A DNA stretch of 64,000 nt, from positions 351 to 64,350 of IMG/VR virus record IMGVR_UViG_3300039208_000195. One strand, given 5' to 3'. The notes beneath the pieces are model-generated. The model saw nothing but the letters and a program-made list of their open reading frames with translations, made no database searches and was not told the origin of the DNA. The DNA is from a virus. This document shows positions 18,467 to 27,924 of the stretch, one piece after another. Numbering within the stretch: the first letter of the stretch is position 1; every line of letters begins with the position of its first letter. Made by a program: the position numbers and the translations under genes.

Positions 18467-18828
18467 TGGAAGAACCCATTGTCGATGAACGACCCTGGGG
18501 CAAGTTTGTTCAGTTTTGTCTAAACGAGAAAGCAACAGTTAAGATTATTCAGGTAGAGCCCGGACAACAGCTGTCCGTGCAGAAGCACCAGAACCGAGAT
18601 GAGATGTGGATCGCTTTAGATCCGGGCCTTGTGGCCCTGATCGGAGATGATACGATTTTCATGAAAGACATCGAGATTGCTGAAGAGCCTGTCTGGATTC
18701 CCAGAGACACAGTGCACTCGATCAAAAATGCAAATGTAGGGCTTACCGCCCGCTTCCTGGAGATTTCCTTTGGAGAATTTGATGAGGATGATATCGAACG
18801 TCTCCAGGATCAATATGGGAGAGTATAA
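18466..18828 (+). CDS. mannose-6-phosphate isomerase type II C-terminal cupin
   Basis: ERPWG, LSVQKHQNRDEMW, HSIKN, EISFGEFDEDDIERL-D-YGR. Confidence 0.85.
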   Translation: MEEPIVDERPWGKFVQFCLNEKATVKIIQVEPGQQLSVQKHQNRDEMWIALDPGLVALIGDDTIFMKDIEIAEEPVWIPRDTVHSIKNANVGLTARFLEISFGEFDEDDIERLQDQYGRV

Positions 18829-19019
18829 TGTCTGAGCACAAGATGCCTGTCCACGCTGACAAGAAAGACCGCGAGCGCTTCGCCAAGCAGTGGCGAGATG
18901 ATCGCGACCACAAAGAGAAGCTGAAGAATGAGCGCTTCGCGGCGATCCAGGAACGCCGTAAGAATAACAAGCCTGGTGGTAGCGGGGGCGGAATTAACAT
19001 TGAAGTTTCTGGCGATTGA
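18828..19019 (+). CDS. small basic protein
   Basis: Coupled ORF. Confidence 0.55.
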   Translation: MSEHKMPVHADKKDRERFAKQWRDDRDHKEKLKNERFAAIQERRKNNKPGGSGGGINIEVSGD

Positions 19020-19071
19020 TCGTATTATTTAACTGGTGGCAGCAAGCGCTTCCATCAGACTAGGAGTAGTA

Positions 19072-20109
19072 ATGGATTTTGGATTAACCTTTGACGACGT
19101 GTGTCTCGTCCCGCAGTTTAACAACGTACCGAGCCGGACAGAGCCGGACACACATACTTGGATGACGAAGGATCTCGAAGTAGGGATGCCTCTTATTCCT
19201 GCCAACATGGACACCGTTATGGGAGTTGATTTGGCAAGAGTGATTATTGCAAATGGTGGATACCCGATCTTCCACAGATTCGCTTCTGTGGTAGACCAGA
19301 TTAAGTGGGTTGAGGAGCTGGAAGGTCGGCTTTTCGTTTCTTGCGGGATCAACGAGAATAGCGATATTCTCAATATCCTAGATTCGAAGCCCACGGGTGT
19401 CTGCATTGATGTGGCCCATGGACACTCTGAGAAAATGTTCGATATGATCAAGAGGCTCAAGGACCACAACCCCAACATCCAGGTGGTTGCAGGTAACGTC
19501 TGTACTCCCATGGCTTACCAGGATCTGGTAAATGCAGGGGCGGACGCTGTAAAGGTAGGTATTGGCCCAGGCGCAGCTTGCACCACACGTGTCGTCACTG
19601 GCTTTGGCGTTCCCCAGTTCACCGCTATTCAGCAGTGTGCTGAGATTGCCAACAAGTTGAGGGTCCCCATCATTGCCGACGGTGGTATTCGTAACAGTAG
19701 AGATGTCGTTCTGGCCCTCGCAGCAGGTGCTTCTACGGTAATGATGGGTAAGATGTTTGCTTTGACGGAAGAGAGCGCAGCTGAAAAGCAGCGAACCATT
19801 ATTGGTGCTGACGTAGTAGACCACAGTCCTAAGTACGGTGAGCTACGCGCCAAGTACCGAGGTCAGGCAAGCGCAGATTTCCAGAATGAATTCTACGGCG
19901 GGCTCAAGTCTAAGACTGTTGCCGAAGGAACCGACTTCTGGGCACCCGTTACTGGTACTGCTCAGGATCTTATTGACGAGATTCTGGGAGGTCTCCGGAG
20001 CGGGCTGACATACGGAGGAGCCCGAAACATTAAGGAGCTTCAGCGCAAAGCAGAGTTCATGCAGGTCTCTGCAAGCTATAGCGCGGAGAGTAATCCACGG
20101 AGGAAGTAA
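19072..20109 (+). CDS. IMP dehydrogenase / GMP reductase family, no CBS domain
   Basis: [35 protein letters not shown] (catalytic Cys), IADGGI, YRGQAS; ATG 19072 has an AGGAG RBS. Confidence 0.9.
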   Translation: MDFGLTFDDVCLVPQFNNVPSRTEPDTHTWMTKDLEVGMPLIPANMDTVMGVDLARVIIANGGYPIFHRFASVVDQIKWVEELEGRLFVSCGINENSDILNILDSKPTGVCIDVAHGHSEKMFDMIKRLKDHNPNIQVVAGNVCTPMAYQDLVNAGADAVKVGIGPGAACTTRVVTGFGVPQFTAIQQCAEIANKLRVPIIADGGIRNSRDVVLALAAGASTVMMGKMFALTEESAAEKQRTIIGADVVDHSPKYGELRAKYRGQASADFQNEFYGGLKSKTVAEGTDFWAPVTGTAQDLIDEILGGLRSGLTYGGARNIKELQRKAEFMQVSASYSAESNPRRK

Positions 20110-20885
20110 TGTCTGTACGAATCGCACGTGACTGCAGAGAACGAGAGGAAGAGGTACGTCCTTATATTGAAGAGCACGCTTCTACTTTCGAACTCGACCC
20201 AAATCTGGTACGAGCCCTGATCACTCAGGAGTCTCGGTTTAAGGCAGAGGCAGTAAGCCCCACGGGAGCTTATGGTCTAGGTCAGTTTACTGGGATTGGT
20301 GCACGTCAGGTGCAGAACATTGCAGATATGCCAGATTGCCCCAGCCCTGAGGGGCTAGAAACCTTTACCAAGCAGGACGCGTCTGATCCTGATATCGGCA
20401 TTAAAGCGATCTGTGCTACCTTATGGTGGCTCTTCAACAAGAAGTACACCTCTGTTAAGGTTCCCGATAAGAAGGTTCAGTTAGAGGCTGTCCTTACCTT
20501 TTACAATTCTGGGGGACGACCGGCGGCCCTAGTGGTTAAGCACGGGGGACACGAGAAGGCCCTTCCTTACATTGAGAAGATGCCTGACCGATACAAGTCC
20601 CAGTCTGAGAAATATGCCCCAGAAGTAGCTCTGTGGTATGTTGCTTGGCATGAGCTTCTAAAGCCCCAGACTACCCCAATTAGAACTGAACTTCCTGAGC
20701 AGAAGGATCCCTTCGATAGAGCAGGTCGTCAGTCTTTGGATGTCCGTTACCGAGCATTGGTAGAGTCCCTACGATTGCTGGGTGAGGGAGATGATGACGT
20801 TGATGTAATGATTGATGTCAGAGAAGGACTTACTGAGGTTACCCTCATTGTTCCTGGAGAATTTCTGAATAATGTCCGTCGTTAA
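20109..20885 (+). CDS. SLT-type lytic transglycosylase
   Basis: LVRALITQESRF (catalytic Glu), AVSPTGAYGLGQF, TFYNSG. Confidence 0.85.
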   Translation: MSVRIARDCREREEEVRPYIEEHASTFELDPNLVRALITQESRFKAEAVSPTGAYGLGQFTGIGARQVQNIADMPDCPSPEGLETFTKQDASDPDIGIKAICATLWWLFNKKYTSVKVPDKKVQLEAVLTFYNSGGRPAALVVKHGGHEKALPYIEKMPDRYKSQSEKYAPEVALWYVAWHELLKPQTTPIRTELPEQKDPFDRAGRQSLDVRYRALVESLRLLGEGDDDVDVMIDVREGLTEVTLIVPGEFLNNVRR

Positions 20886-21633
20886 AACCCCAGAAGAAGT
20901 AGAGAAGATGCGGGAATCTGCCCGCCTCCTCTCGGAGTGTTTGGATGCGCTCGTTTCCCACGCGTATCCTGGGGTCACAGGAAAAGAGTTAGATCGCTTG
21001 GCAGAAAGTTTCATTAGAGATAATGGGGCTATTCCTGCTTTCAAGGGATACACTACTGTTCCTGGACTCCCTGGTTTTCCTGCGAGTATCTGCTACTCTA
21101 AGAACCATGTCCTTGTCCACGGTATTCCGGATGACGAGCCCCTCGAAGAGGGGGATATGCTCTCCATCGACTGTGGACTGAGCCTGGACGGTTGGTTTGC
21201 GGATTTTGCTAGACTCTTCATTGTAGGTGAGGGGTCAGAGGAAGATCAAAAGATTGTAGATGCGACCCGAGCAGCATTAGATGCCGGGATCGACAAGTGC
21301 CGTGTTGGCAATAAGCTTGGCGACGTTAGCCATGCTATTCAAGCTTCTGTCCATAATAGTGGATATGAAAACGTGCTGCAGTTCTGTGGTCATGCCATAG
21401 GACGACAAATGCACGAGTCTCCCCAGGTCCCTAACTTCGGACCTTCAGGTGTAGGAATAGACCTGGAGGTTGGAATGGTTTTCTGCCTTGAGCCTATGCT
21501 CCTGAAGCATAAAGTCGGGTTAGGGGTATTACCTGATAAGTGGACCATTATCACCGCGGATCATTCCCGTGCTACTCATATTGAGCACATGGTGCATGTT
21601 TCTGAGGAAGGTCCCGAAATTTTATCCCTTTAA
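20872..21633 (+). CDS. map: methionine aminopeptidase type I
   Basis: VHGIP, SIDCG, FADFA, GHAIG, HESP, LEPM, HIEH metal ligands. Confidence 0.95.
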   Translation: MSVVKTPEEVEKMRESARLLSECLDALVSHAYPGVTGKELDRLAESFIRDNGAIPAFKGYTTVPGLPGFPASICYSKNHVLVHGIPDDEPLEEGDMLSIDCGLSLDGWFADFARLFIVGEGSEEDQKIVDATRAALDAGIDKCRVGNKLGDVSHAIQASVHNSGYENVLQFCGHAIGRQMHESPQVPNFGPSGVGIDLEVGMVFCLEPMLLKHKVGLGVLPDKWTIITADHSRATHIEHMVHVSEEGPEILSL

Positions 21634-21709
21634 TCTGGGAAAAGACATATAATTGAAAAGTTGCGGGTGAGAATCCCGCGAATCCATTTTTGGAATTAGG
21701 AGTATAGCT

Positions 21710-21952
21710 ATGCAAGGTGTTTGCAAGTGGTTTGATGCGAAGAAGGGGTATGGTTTCTTAATCAACCCTGAAGTAGTAGATGAGGAAGGTAAGGCCCGAG
21801 ACATCTTTGTCCACTGGACCAAGATCACTATGGAGGGCTTCAAGAAGCTAGAGCAGGGGGAGACCGTAGAGTTCGATCTCATCTTTGCTGAGGATACAGG
21901 AAAGCCTCAGGCTGAGAATGTTACTCGTGGCGGAGCCTCACCGGAGAACTAA
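21710..21952 (+). CDS. cold-shock domain protein
   Basis: RNP1 KWFDAKKGYGF, RNP2 DIFVHW, GFKKL-QGE-VEF. Confidence 0.92.
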   Translation: MQGVCKWFDAKKGYGFLINPEVVDEEGKARDIFVHWTKITMEGFKKLEQGETVEFDLIFAEDTGKPQAENVTRGGASPEN

Positions 21953-21959
21953 TCGGTAT

Positions 21960-21988
21960 TTGACAAATTAGCCCAAAAGACTTATAAT
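21960..21988 (+). promoter_or_regulatory. consensus sigma70 promoter
   Basis: TTGACA-17 nt-TATAAT(TGG). Confidence 0.85.
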
Positions 21989-22032
21989 TGGTCTGAGAGG
22001 ATTAGTTCCTCACAAGGAAAAGGAGAATTACC

Positions 22033-22296
22033 ATGGGCGAAGCTGTTTACGTGGACCTAGAGGTCCTCGCCAGTATCGAAGACGACGACTATCTAGTCAG
22101 AGTCAGTAAGAAGGATTTGAATGCCCTCGTCACTTTTGATGAGTATTTGGTACTTAGACATTGGGACGGCGAGAAGCCGGTCTCCCTCGTGGCTTACGGA
22201 TCGGACTCTGTCCGAACAGAGGGAGACGCAAACGAGGAGAATAACCTGGCAAACCTACCTGAACTGGCAGGGCTGACAGGAATTATTGCAAAGTGA
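22033..22296 (+). CDS. hypothetical protein
   Basis: AAGGAG RBS downstream of promoter. Confidence 0.7.
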   Translation: MGEAVYVDLEVLASIEDDDYLVRVSKKDLNALVTFDEYLVLRHWDGEKPVSLVAYGSDSVRTEGDANEENNLANLPELAGLTGIIAK

Positions 22297-22300
22297 ACGC

Positions 22301-22428
22301 GTCTTGGGTTCCCCTCCATTAAGTGGTGGTCGTCCCCTCGGGACTTGATCATTTGCTTAACCGGTCCTTCTCACCGGCGACTCATAGACCCCAAGACCGT
22401 ATAAACAAAACAAAACTATAACGGAGGG
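22301..22428 (+). ncRNA. candidate structured cis-regulatory RNA leader
   Basis: Outer stem GTCTTGGG/CCCAAGAC, internal hairpins, and an anti-SD TTCCCCTCC; see findings. Confidence 0.4.
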
Positions 22429-22435
22429 AATAACA

Positions 22436-22732
22436 ATGGGTGTACTAAACCATGACGGAACCGTCACTAACCTAGACGCACTTGACCCGATTTTCGACAC
22501 GAACGCCAATGGCTTCGGTCCCGAGACCACTCGGAACCCTGACATGGCTGGCCCGGTACTCGGTGCACAGCATGGTATGGCATGGAACCGCGGATACTTC
22601 CAGAACCAGGATATCCGATCCAGCTCTACCGGCAACGCAACCGTTTCCACTGGTCGATCCGGCAAGCTGCCTGCAGGTAACGCCACTCTACCTGGCGTCA
22701 CCACGAGCAACAACCCTGGTCGGGGTGCGTAA
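22436..22732 (+). CDS. Gly/Asn/Thr-rich small protein
   Basis: GGAGGG RBS; followed by a terminator. Confidence 0.7.
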   Translation: MGVLNHDGTVTNLDALDPIFDTNANGFGPETTRNPDMAGPVLGAQHGMAWNRGYFQNQDIRSSSTGNATVSTGRSGKLPAGNATLPGVTTSNNPGRGA

Positions 22733-22743
22733 ACAAGTATTTC

Positions 22744-22774
22744 AAACCGTCTGGGGCTTCGGCCCCAGCGGTTT
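22744..22774 (+). terminator. intrinsic terminator-like hairpin
   Basis: AAACCG-t-CTGGGGC-TTCG-GCCCCAG-CGGTTT (C-UUCG-G tetraloop). Confidence 0.75.
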
Positions 22775-22786
22775 ACAAGGTGTATT

Positions 22787-23233
22787 ATGAACTTAGGATT
22801 TCACAACAAAAAGGGCGACCCGCCGAGAGTCGAGGACAATATTTTAACCTTCGAATGTGCTAAGCCTATGATTGTCCAGTCTAATGAGATCAAGAGGGTC
22901 CTCACGGACGTAACGCTTGATATTGAGCCTGGGTACATTTTAACCATCTTCACCGAGCCCGGTCTGTATGAGCGGGCCGCTGAAGTGTTTCCTGGGCCCT
23001 ATGTTCTGGATAGTTCCTCCCCCAACAAGGTGCTGGAGATTCCTATCCGAAACCACGCAGGGTCCCCTCTCCATCTAATGGACGGTCAGGTAATTGCTAA
23101 GGGCTACCTGACACAAGTAGCAGAGGTTCAGATCAGGGAGATCGAGCCTGAGCAAGAAGAGCGCAGACCAATGCAACGCACTCAGCCTGCCAAGAAGAAT
23201 CCGGACATTAAGTTCGAGATTAAGGGTAAATAA
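22787..23233 (+). CDS. degenerate dUTPase-fold protein
   Basis: dUTPase-like beta pattern (TDVTLDIEPGY...IPIRNH...GQVIAKG) lacking RSG and GxIDxDYRG. Confidence 0.55.
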   Translation: MNLGFHNKKGDPPRVEDNILTFECAKPMIVQSNEIKRVLTDVTLDIEPGYILTIFTEPGLYERAAEVFPGPYVLDSSSPNKVLEIPIRNHAGSPLHLMDGQVIAKGYLTQVAEVQIREIEPEQEERRPMQRTQPAKKNPDIKFEIKGK

Positions 23234-23670
23234 TGTCTAATCTAATTAAATTTGTTAAGCTGCACCCGGATGCCAAACCCCCTATTTACCAAACGGACCA
23301 GTCCGTAGGGGCGGATCTTACATCCATAGAAGACTACAATCTTCTAACCGGAGAGTTCAAGCTGATTAAGACAGGTATTGCAGTAGAACTACCCCGGGCG
23401 GTAGAAATGCAGATCCGTCCCCGCAGCGGACTTGCTTACAAGCACGGCGTTACAGTCCTTAATGCCCCTGGTACCATTGACTCGGATTATCGGGGAGAGA
23501 TCGGCGTCATCCTAATCAACCACGGTCCTGAAGATTTTCAGATCAACAAGGGGGATCGGATCGCCCAGGCTGTGCTGAGCAAGGCAGTCCTGGCCAACTA
23601 CAAGCAGGTTAAGGAATTGTCCAGCACCGAGCGGGGTGCTGGTGGTTTCGGGTCTACAGGGAGGAATTAA
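23233..23670 (+). CDS. dut: trimeric dUTPase
   Basis: GADL, RPRSGLA, APGTIDSDYRGE, GDRIAQ, RGAGGFGSTG. Confidence 0.97.
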   Translation: MSNLIKFVKLHPDAKPPIYQTDQSVGADLTSIEDYNLLTGEFKLIKTGIAVELPRAVEMQIRPRSGLAYKHGVTVLNAPGTIDSDYRGEIGVILINHGPEDFQINKGDRIAQAVLSKAVLANYKQVKELSSTERGAGGFGSTGRN

Positions 23671-23671
23671 C

Positions 23672-23926
23672 ATGCATGATCCCATTACATTAAATTTAGA
23701 AGTCCGAGTTGAAGTTGATGGGGAGGTGGCCACAGTCCACTGCCCTGAGGAACTTCGTATTACTGAACGAGCAGCAACTGTGCTGCATCAAGCGTTAGAA
23801 GCTCGCGGACTGCGTCTTAAGAAGTGGGTGCTGTCTGAAGACCAGCAGAAGGACCTGGAAGGACTAACGAATGTTAAAGTGGAGGGACATCAGGAAGCCC
23901 CGGAAAACGAGTCCGAAGGAGATTGA
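23672..23926 (+). CDS. hypothetical protein
   Basis: ATG after the dut stop with GGAGG RBS. Confidence 0.6.
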   Translation: MHDPITLNLEVRVEVDGEVATVHCPEELRITERAATVLHQALEARGLRLKKWVLSEDQQKDLEGLTNVKVEGHQEAPENESEGD

Positions 23927-24737
23927 TCTCGTTCTAGGGTCTTCCGGTACCCGAGCCCCTTGCTTTGTAGGAGCAATAGATGCTATCCTAGAGAAGGGTT
24001 ACCATATTCGGAGAATTGCAGGTTTCTCCGGAGGGGCCATTATTGCCGCAGGTTACGCACTAGGCATGTCCATTGAGGATCTCAAGGAAGCAGCAGAACG
24101 GACCCCCTACAAAGACTTTAGGGATTTCAGAATCAAGAACCTATTCAGTCTAAGTAATCCCAGCGTCTACACTGGGGAGCCCTTAGATGCATTCTACCAA
24201 AGACTCTTTGGGGATGCAACCCTAAAGGATTTCAAGATCGACTGCCGAATCGGGGTAGTCACAATTATTGGCAGGAAGCGGGTAATCCTGACCAAGGAAA
24301 CTCATCCGGATTTACCGGTTTGGAAGGCCGTTCGAATGTCTTCCACAATCCCTTTCATTTTTCCCTATATGGAACTAGACGGAGTGGCCGTCACTGACGG
24401 TGCGCTAGTCACCAACATGTTTGACATCTTCCCGGAGGGAGAACGAACTATGGTGACTCTCTGTCCTAGGGCCGATCAAGGTCTTAGAAAGGTTGTTCAG
24501 AGCGTTAAAGCTAATCATCTTTTCCTGTGGAACTATCTGAAGATCCTGGCAGAGTATTTCCTGGATGCTGTCGATAACCGACACATTCCACAAGAGGAGT
24601 GGGGTAGGACTATTCTCATTCCCACTTTCGAACTTGGTGGTTTTAACTTCGAAATAGGGCCACAAGACATCACGAGACTTATCCAGTATGGCTACAACGC
24701 TGTGATAATCTCCGACGTACTACCCTCGGTAGATTAG
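23871..24737 (+). CDS. patatin-like phospholipase
   Basis: LVLGSSGTR, nucleophile GFSGG, AVRMSSTIPFIFP, TDGA. Confidence 0.85.
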   Translation: MLKWRDIRKPRKTSPKEIDLVLGSSGTRAPCFVGAIDAILEKGYHIRRIAGFSGGAIIAAGYALGMSIEDLKEAAERTPYKDFRDFRIKNLFSLSNPSVYTGEPLDAFYQRLFGDATLKDFKIDCRIGVVTIIGRKRVILTKETHPDLPVWKAVRMSSTIPFIFPYMELDGVAVTDGALVTNMFDIFPEGERTMVTLCPRADQGLRKVVQSVKANHLFLWNYLKILAEYFLDAVDNRHIPQEEWGRTILIPTFELGGFNFEIGPQDITRLIQYGYNAVIISDVLPSVD

Positions 24738-24808
24738 GTAGGGCTTTCCAGTTTTTTAAACGGGTAGGGAAGTTCCTCCCTACACGTTTGTTCGCAGTTA
24801 GATTTTGA

Positions 24809-25099
24809 TTGGAGGTTGACATGCCGGTTGTTTTAACGGATTATACTAATAGGGTCTGGTGCGTAGAGCAACCAGACGACGGACTACTTCATGTGGGCTT
24901 TACGGGAGAAGCAGGGCCCCAGTTACAAGACGCTCTGGACTTTATCCGTACCAGACAGAAGCAGTTCGACAAGTTTGTAGAGAAGCGGAGGGAGAAAGAG
25001 AATGCAGACAAGCGACGTATTCGACGTCAACGCCGCAACACACGGAATGCAGAAAGTGGAGGGGATTCTAGCACTGGAGCAGTCCAGGATCATCCTTGA
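24809..25099 (+). CDS. hypothetical protein
   Basis: Likely start ATG about 24821 after GGAGG. Confidence 0.55.
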   Translation: MEVDMPVVLTDYTNRVWCVEQPDDGLLHVGFTGEAGPQLQDALDFIRTRQKQFDKFVEKRREKENADKRRIRRQRRNTRNAESGGDSSTGAVQDHP

Positions 25100-25250
25100 G
25101 GAAGAGGTTGAAGTCGGGGACACCATTACATGGTTTGAACTCCCCGATGGAAAACTCCTAATCTCCAAGGACCCGGATGGGGTCCCAATAGAAAAGATAT
25201 CTCCGTCTTATATTCAACTAGAGGCGGAGGTGACACTGGAGGAAAAGTAA
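25002..25250 (+). CDS. hypothetical protein (possible AbrB-like barrel)
   Basis: VEVGDTITWFELPDGKLLI pattern. Confidence 0.5.
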   Translation: MQTSDVFDVNAATHGMQKVEGILALEQSRIILEEEVEVGDTITWFELPDGKLLISKDPDGVPIEKISPSYIQLEAEVTLEEK

Positions 25251-25251
25251 T

Positions 25252-25650
25252 ATGTTCAAGAAGATCAAAGAGTTCTTTGAGCAGGCATGGAAGTGGATTC
25301 AGGCTGTCTGGGACAAGCACGACGAGCATCTCGAAGAGATGGTGCAGTCGCTGCTCCCAATGGTTATCGATGTAGCTTTCAGGAACGATCTTTCTGGTGA
25401 GGAGAAGAAGCGGGCCATCGTCGACGCTGTCATTGACAACGCCGAGGCTGCCGCCGATGACATCTCCGAGGGTCTCCTAAACGAGGCCATTGAAATCGCT
25501 GCTAATAAGTACAACATCCAGATTGGTAAGACCACGGTCGACAAGATGGATGCTGCTCGCGAAGCTGCCCTCAAGGCCGGTCGCGACTTCTCTAACAAGA
25601 AGCTAAAGATTGCGGGTAATGAGGCAGAAGATGCGGGGATTTCTAGCTAA
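25252..25650 (+). CDS. hypothetical helical protein
   Basis: GGAGG RBS; LSGEEKKRA motif seen in holin-associated proteins (recollection, unverified). Confidence 0.65.
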   Translation: MFKKIKEFFEQAWKWIQAVWDKHDEHLEEMVQSLLPMVIDVAFRNDLSGEEKKRAIVDAVIDNAEAAADDISEGLLNEAIEIAANKYNIQIGKTTVDKMDAAREAALKAGRDFSNKKLKIAGNEAEDAGISS

Positions 25651-26368
25651 AGTAGGTAATCTCACGAAGCGCATCTGGAGGCGGCTTATGTATGTGGACT
25701 GGTCAGGAGCCATCCTGGCTATTTTGAGAGTCCTTAAAAAGGAAAAGCATAAGGTAGACCCAAAGTATATCGTGATTAAACCGCGTATGCTTTCGGACGA
25801 CAACATCTTGAAGGGTGTCGCAGCCTTAAGGGCTGTCCTTGCATTCGTCCCTCCAGCAGCCATTGCAGTTCCAGTGCTCAGCCTAGGTGAGATGGGCTTT
25901 CAGATCTGGAAGAGAATCGCATTGGCCAAAGATTACGATCAGATTAAATTCCCGCCAATCGATCCCAACATCATGCGCTTACATTTCCAGATGGATGAAG
26001 AGCTGAATAAGCATTACGGTCACCTTTGTGCTGAGCACAACTGGAACGCTGAGACCATCAATGAATTAGAGGCAGTGTTTAACGACCTGTCTTATATCAC
26101 TAGTTTAGAGTTCATGCAAGGGAAGTATCCGCACATGGACGGAGAATATCTTAAGAACCGCTGTGTGCGGAACAAAGAAATTCTTCAGGCCAATCTCTAC
26201 GAAATCGAGCAGGAAATTCAGAAGGTGTCACATCGACCTGAGATTAAGGCCAATCTAAGAGAAGGTCTTGAAGCACTCAAGTCTCTGTTTCCTGCAATGA
26301 GAGACTGGTCCCTTTTCAATTCCGAGGGGTTTGACGAGATACTAGATATCATCGACACCGTATTCTAG
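25610..26368 (+). CDS. hypothetical protein
   Basis: Long ORF; likely start ATG 25631. Confidence 0.65.
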   Translation: MRVMRQKMRGFLAKVGNLTKRIWRRLMYVDWSGAILAILRVLKKEKHKVDPKYIVIKPRMLSDDNILKGVAALRAVLAFVPPAAIAVPVLSLGEMGFQIWKRIALAKDYDQIKFPPIDPNIMRLHFQMDEELNKHYGHLCAEHNWNAETINELEAVFNDLSYITSLEFMQGKYPHMDGEYLKNRCVRNKEILQANLYEIEQEIQKVSHRPEIKANLREGLEALKSLFPAMRDWSLFNSEGFDEILDIIDTVF

Positions 26369-26376
26369 GAGTTACC

Positions 26377-26997
26377 ATGAAGTGGTTAGCACCAATCTTA
26401 CTATCTTTGGCAATGTTCCTTTCCGCTTGCCAGACCACAGCACCCACTCCCATTCTGATCCACGGATTGGTAGACCGAAACGACGAGGTGGTTGCTCTTT
26501 ACGCAGCGTGTACCGATGGTGCAAACTACGTACCAACCAAGGAAGGGTGTGATCCTGAGCTGCTCCAGACTAAGGTCGATGAGACCATGGAGTTCGCGAA
26601 GATCTTTATCAGCGGGGATATCAAACAGCCCCAAGGTTACGATGTTTATCTAGCAACTGCGATGATTCATTTCCGCATCGCGCAGCGGACCGAGAACGAT
26701 TACTCAGAAGCTGAGAGAATTGCCCGTCAGTTCTTTGAGATTCAGAAAGCAAGTTCCGGACGCTCACTCCCGCCCGCTAGGTTTTACTGGGCCGCAATGG
26801 CCGCAGGTCACGCCTCATGGCAGTGGCAATACGATAAGCTGGCATTAGATGTAGACCGCAAGACCGAATTGATCGAATGCCTTGCCCAAGCACGTGTGGG
26901 CCTTACGGACACAGAGTGGTTGGACGGACCTAGACGAGTTCGACTCGTACAATACATAGAAATCCTAACATTGATTACTAACTCAATTGAGGGATAG
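26377..26997 (+). CDS. lipoprotein
   Basis: MKWLAPILLSLAMFLSAC lipobox; AGGAG RBS. Confidence 0.75.
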   Translation: MKWLAPILLSLAMFLSACQTTAPTPILIHGLVDRNDEVVALYAACTDGANYVPTKEGCDPELLQTKVDETMEFAKIFISGDIKQPQGYDVYLATAMIHFRIAQRTENDYSEAERIARQFFEIQKASSGRSLPPARFYWAAMAAGHASWQWQYDKLALDVDRKTELIECLAQARVGLTDTEWLDGPRRVRLVQYIEILTLITNSIEG

Positions 26998-27194
26998 CGC
27001 GTAGTCTTACCCCGCGCAAAGGGGGAGCGACACGTGATTAGATTAATGGACTCCGTGATAGCCGATTGGGGTTATTACGATTGGGTTTGTGATGACGTAC
27101 CAGTTAGACAAGTAATGGTACACTTATTTAACGGAATGACCTTCATTATGGACGAAGATGATTTCCTTGCTATCACAGATTACGAGGCAATGTA

Positions 27195-27401
27195 ATGGTC
27201 AAGATGATTACGAATTTCAACAAAGAAGACTGTAAGCACTTTAATTGGACCTACTCTCGCGCTTGCTGTGGGAGAGGTACCACAAAGAGTGGGGCGTGTA
27301 CTATCCCACTAGACAACCAGGGAGCAGAATTGGTGGTCCCTAATAAAGTATGCAGTACTCAAATGAAGTATTGTAACTACGAAAAAAGGGAGGAAGAGTA
27401 A
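27195..27401 (+). CDS. small Cys-rich protein
   Basis: Six Cys in 68 aa; coupled ORF. Confidence 0.55.
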   Translation: MVKMITNFNKEDCKHFNWTYSRACCGRGTTKSGACTIPLDNQGAELVVPNKVCSTQMKYCNYEKREEE

Positions 27402-27540
27402 TGGTCTTCATTCTCAGAAACTACCAGATTGTCGTTGGGCGAGATCGCAAGCAGCCTGTAGAGGGAGATGCTCCTAAGGTGGCTAATGTCACCAGCACTG
27501 CCTCCAATAAGCAGGATGATAAGACGGATATTCGATAATC

Positions 27541-27912
27541 ATGGCAGAATTAGGTATCACCTGTCCTCGATCTACCGCTAGTTCGGGGTCAGGTACAATT
27601 GAGCTGGATAAGCGTATCCTTGTACGGACCGGGGGGTGTTTCGAGAAAGACACCCCCTTGAGCCTTGATAGTCCTGGTCCAGGCTGGGCTGTGAGTGGGG
27701 ACTTAGTGACCTACTCCGGAGGTAACGAATTTACCGGTACCTCACAAGTATTCCATAACGGAGATCTACAGCAAACCGCTGCTACTTCCGGAACTGGATG
27801 TGATGTTTACTTTGTTAGTGCTAGTGGAAGCACAATTGCTTTTGGGTTTAATATCGATAAAAACGACGCGATACAAGTGTGGAAGTTTGCTTCGGCGAGC
27901 GGAACCGCTTAA
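27541..27912 (+). CDS. virion structural protein, QVFHNG-family domain
   Basis: Paralogous to the C-termini of 29814 and 30314. Confidence 0.7.
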   Translation: MAELGITCPRSTASSGSGTIELDKRILVRTGGCFEKDTPLSLDSPGPGWAVSGDLVTYSGGNEFTGTSQVFHNGDLQQTAATSGTGCDVYFVSASGSTIAFGFNIDKNDAIQVWKFASASGTA

Positions 27913-27924
27913 AGGATAAAACAC

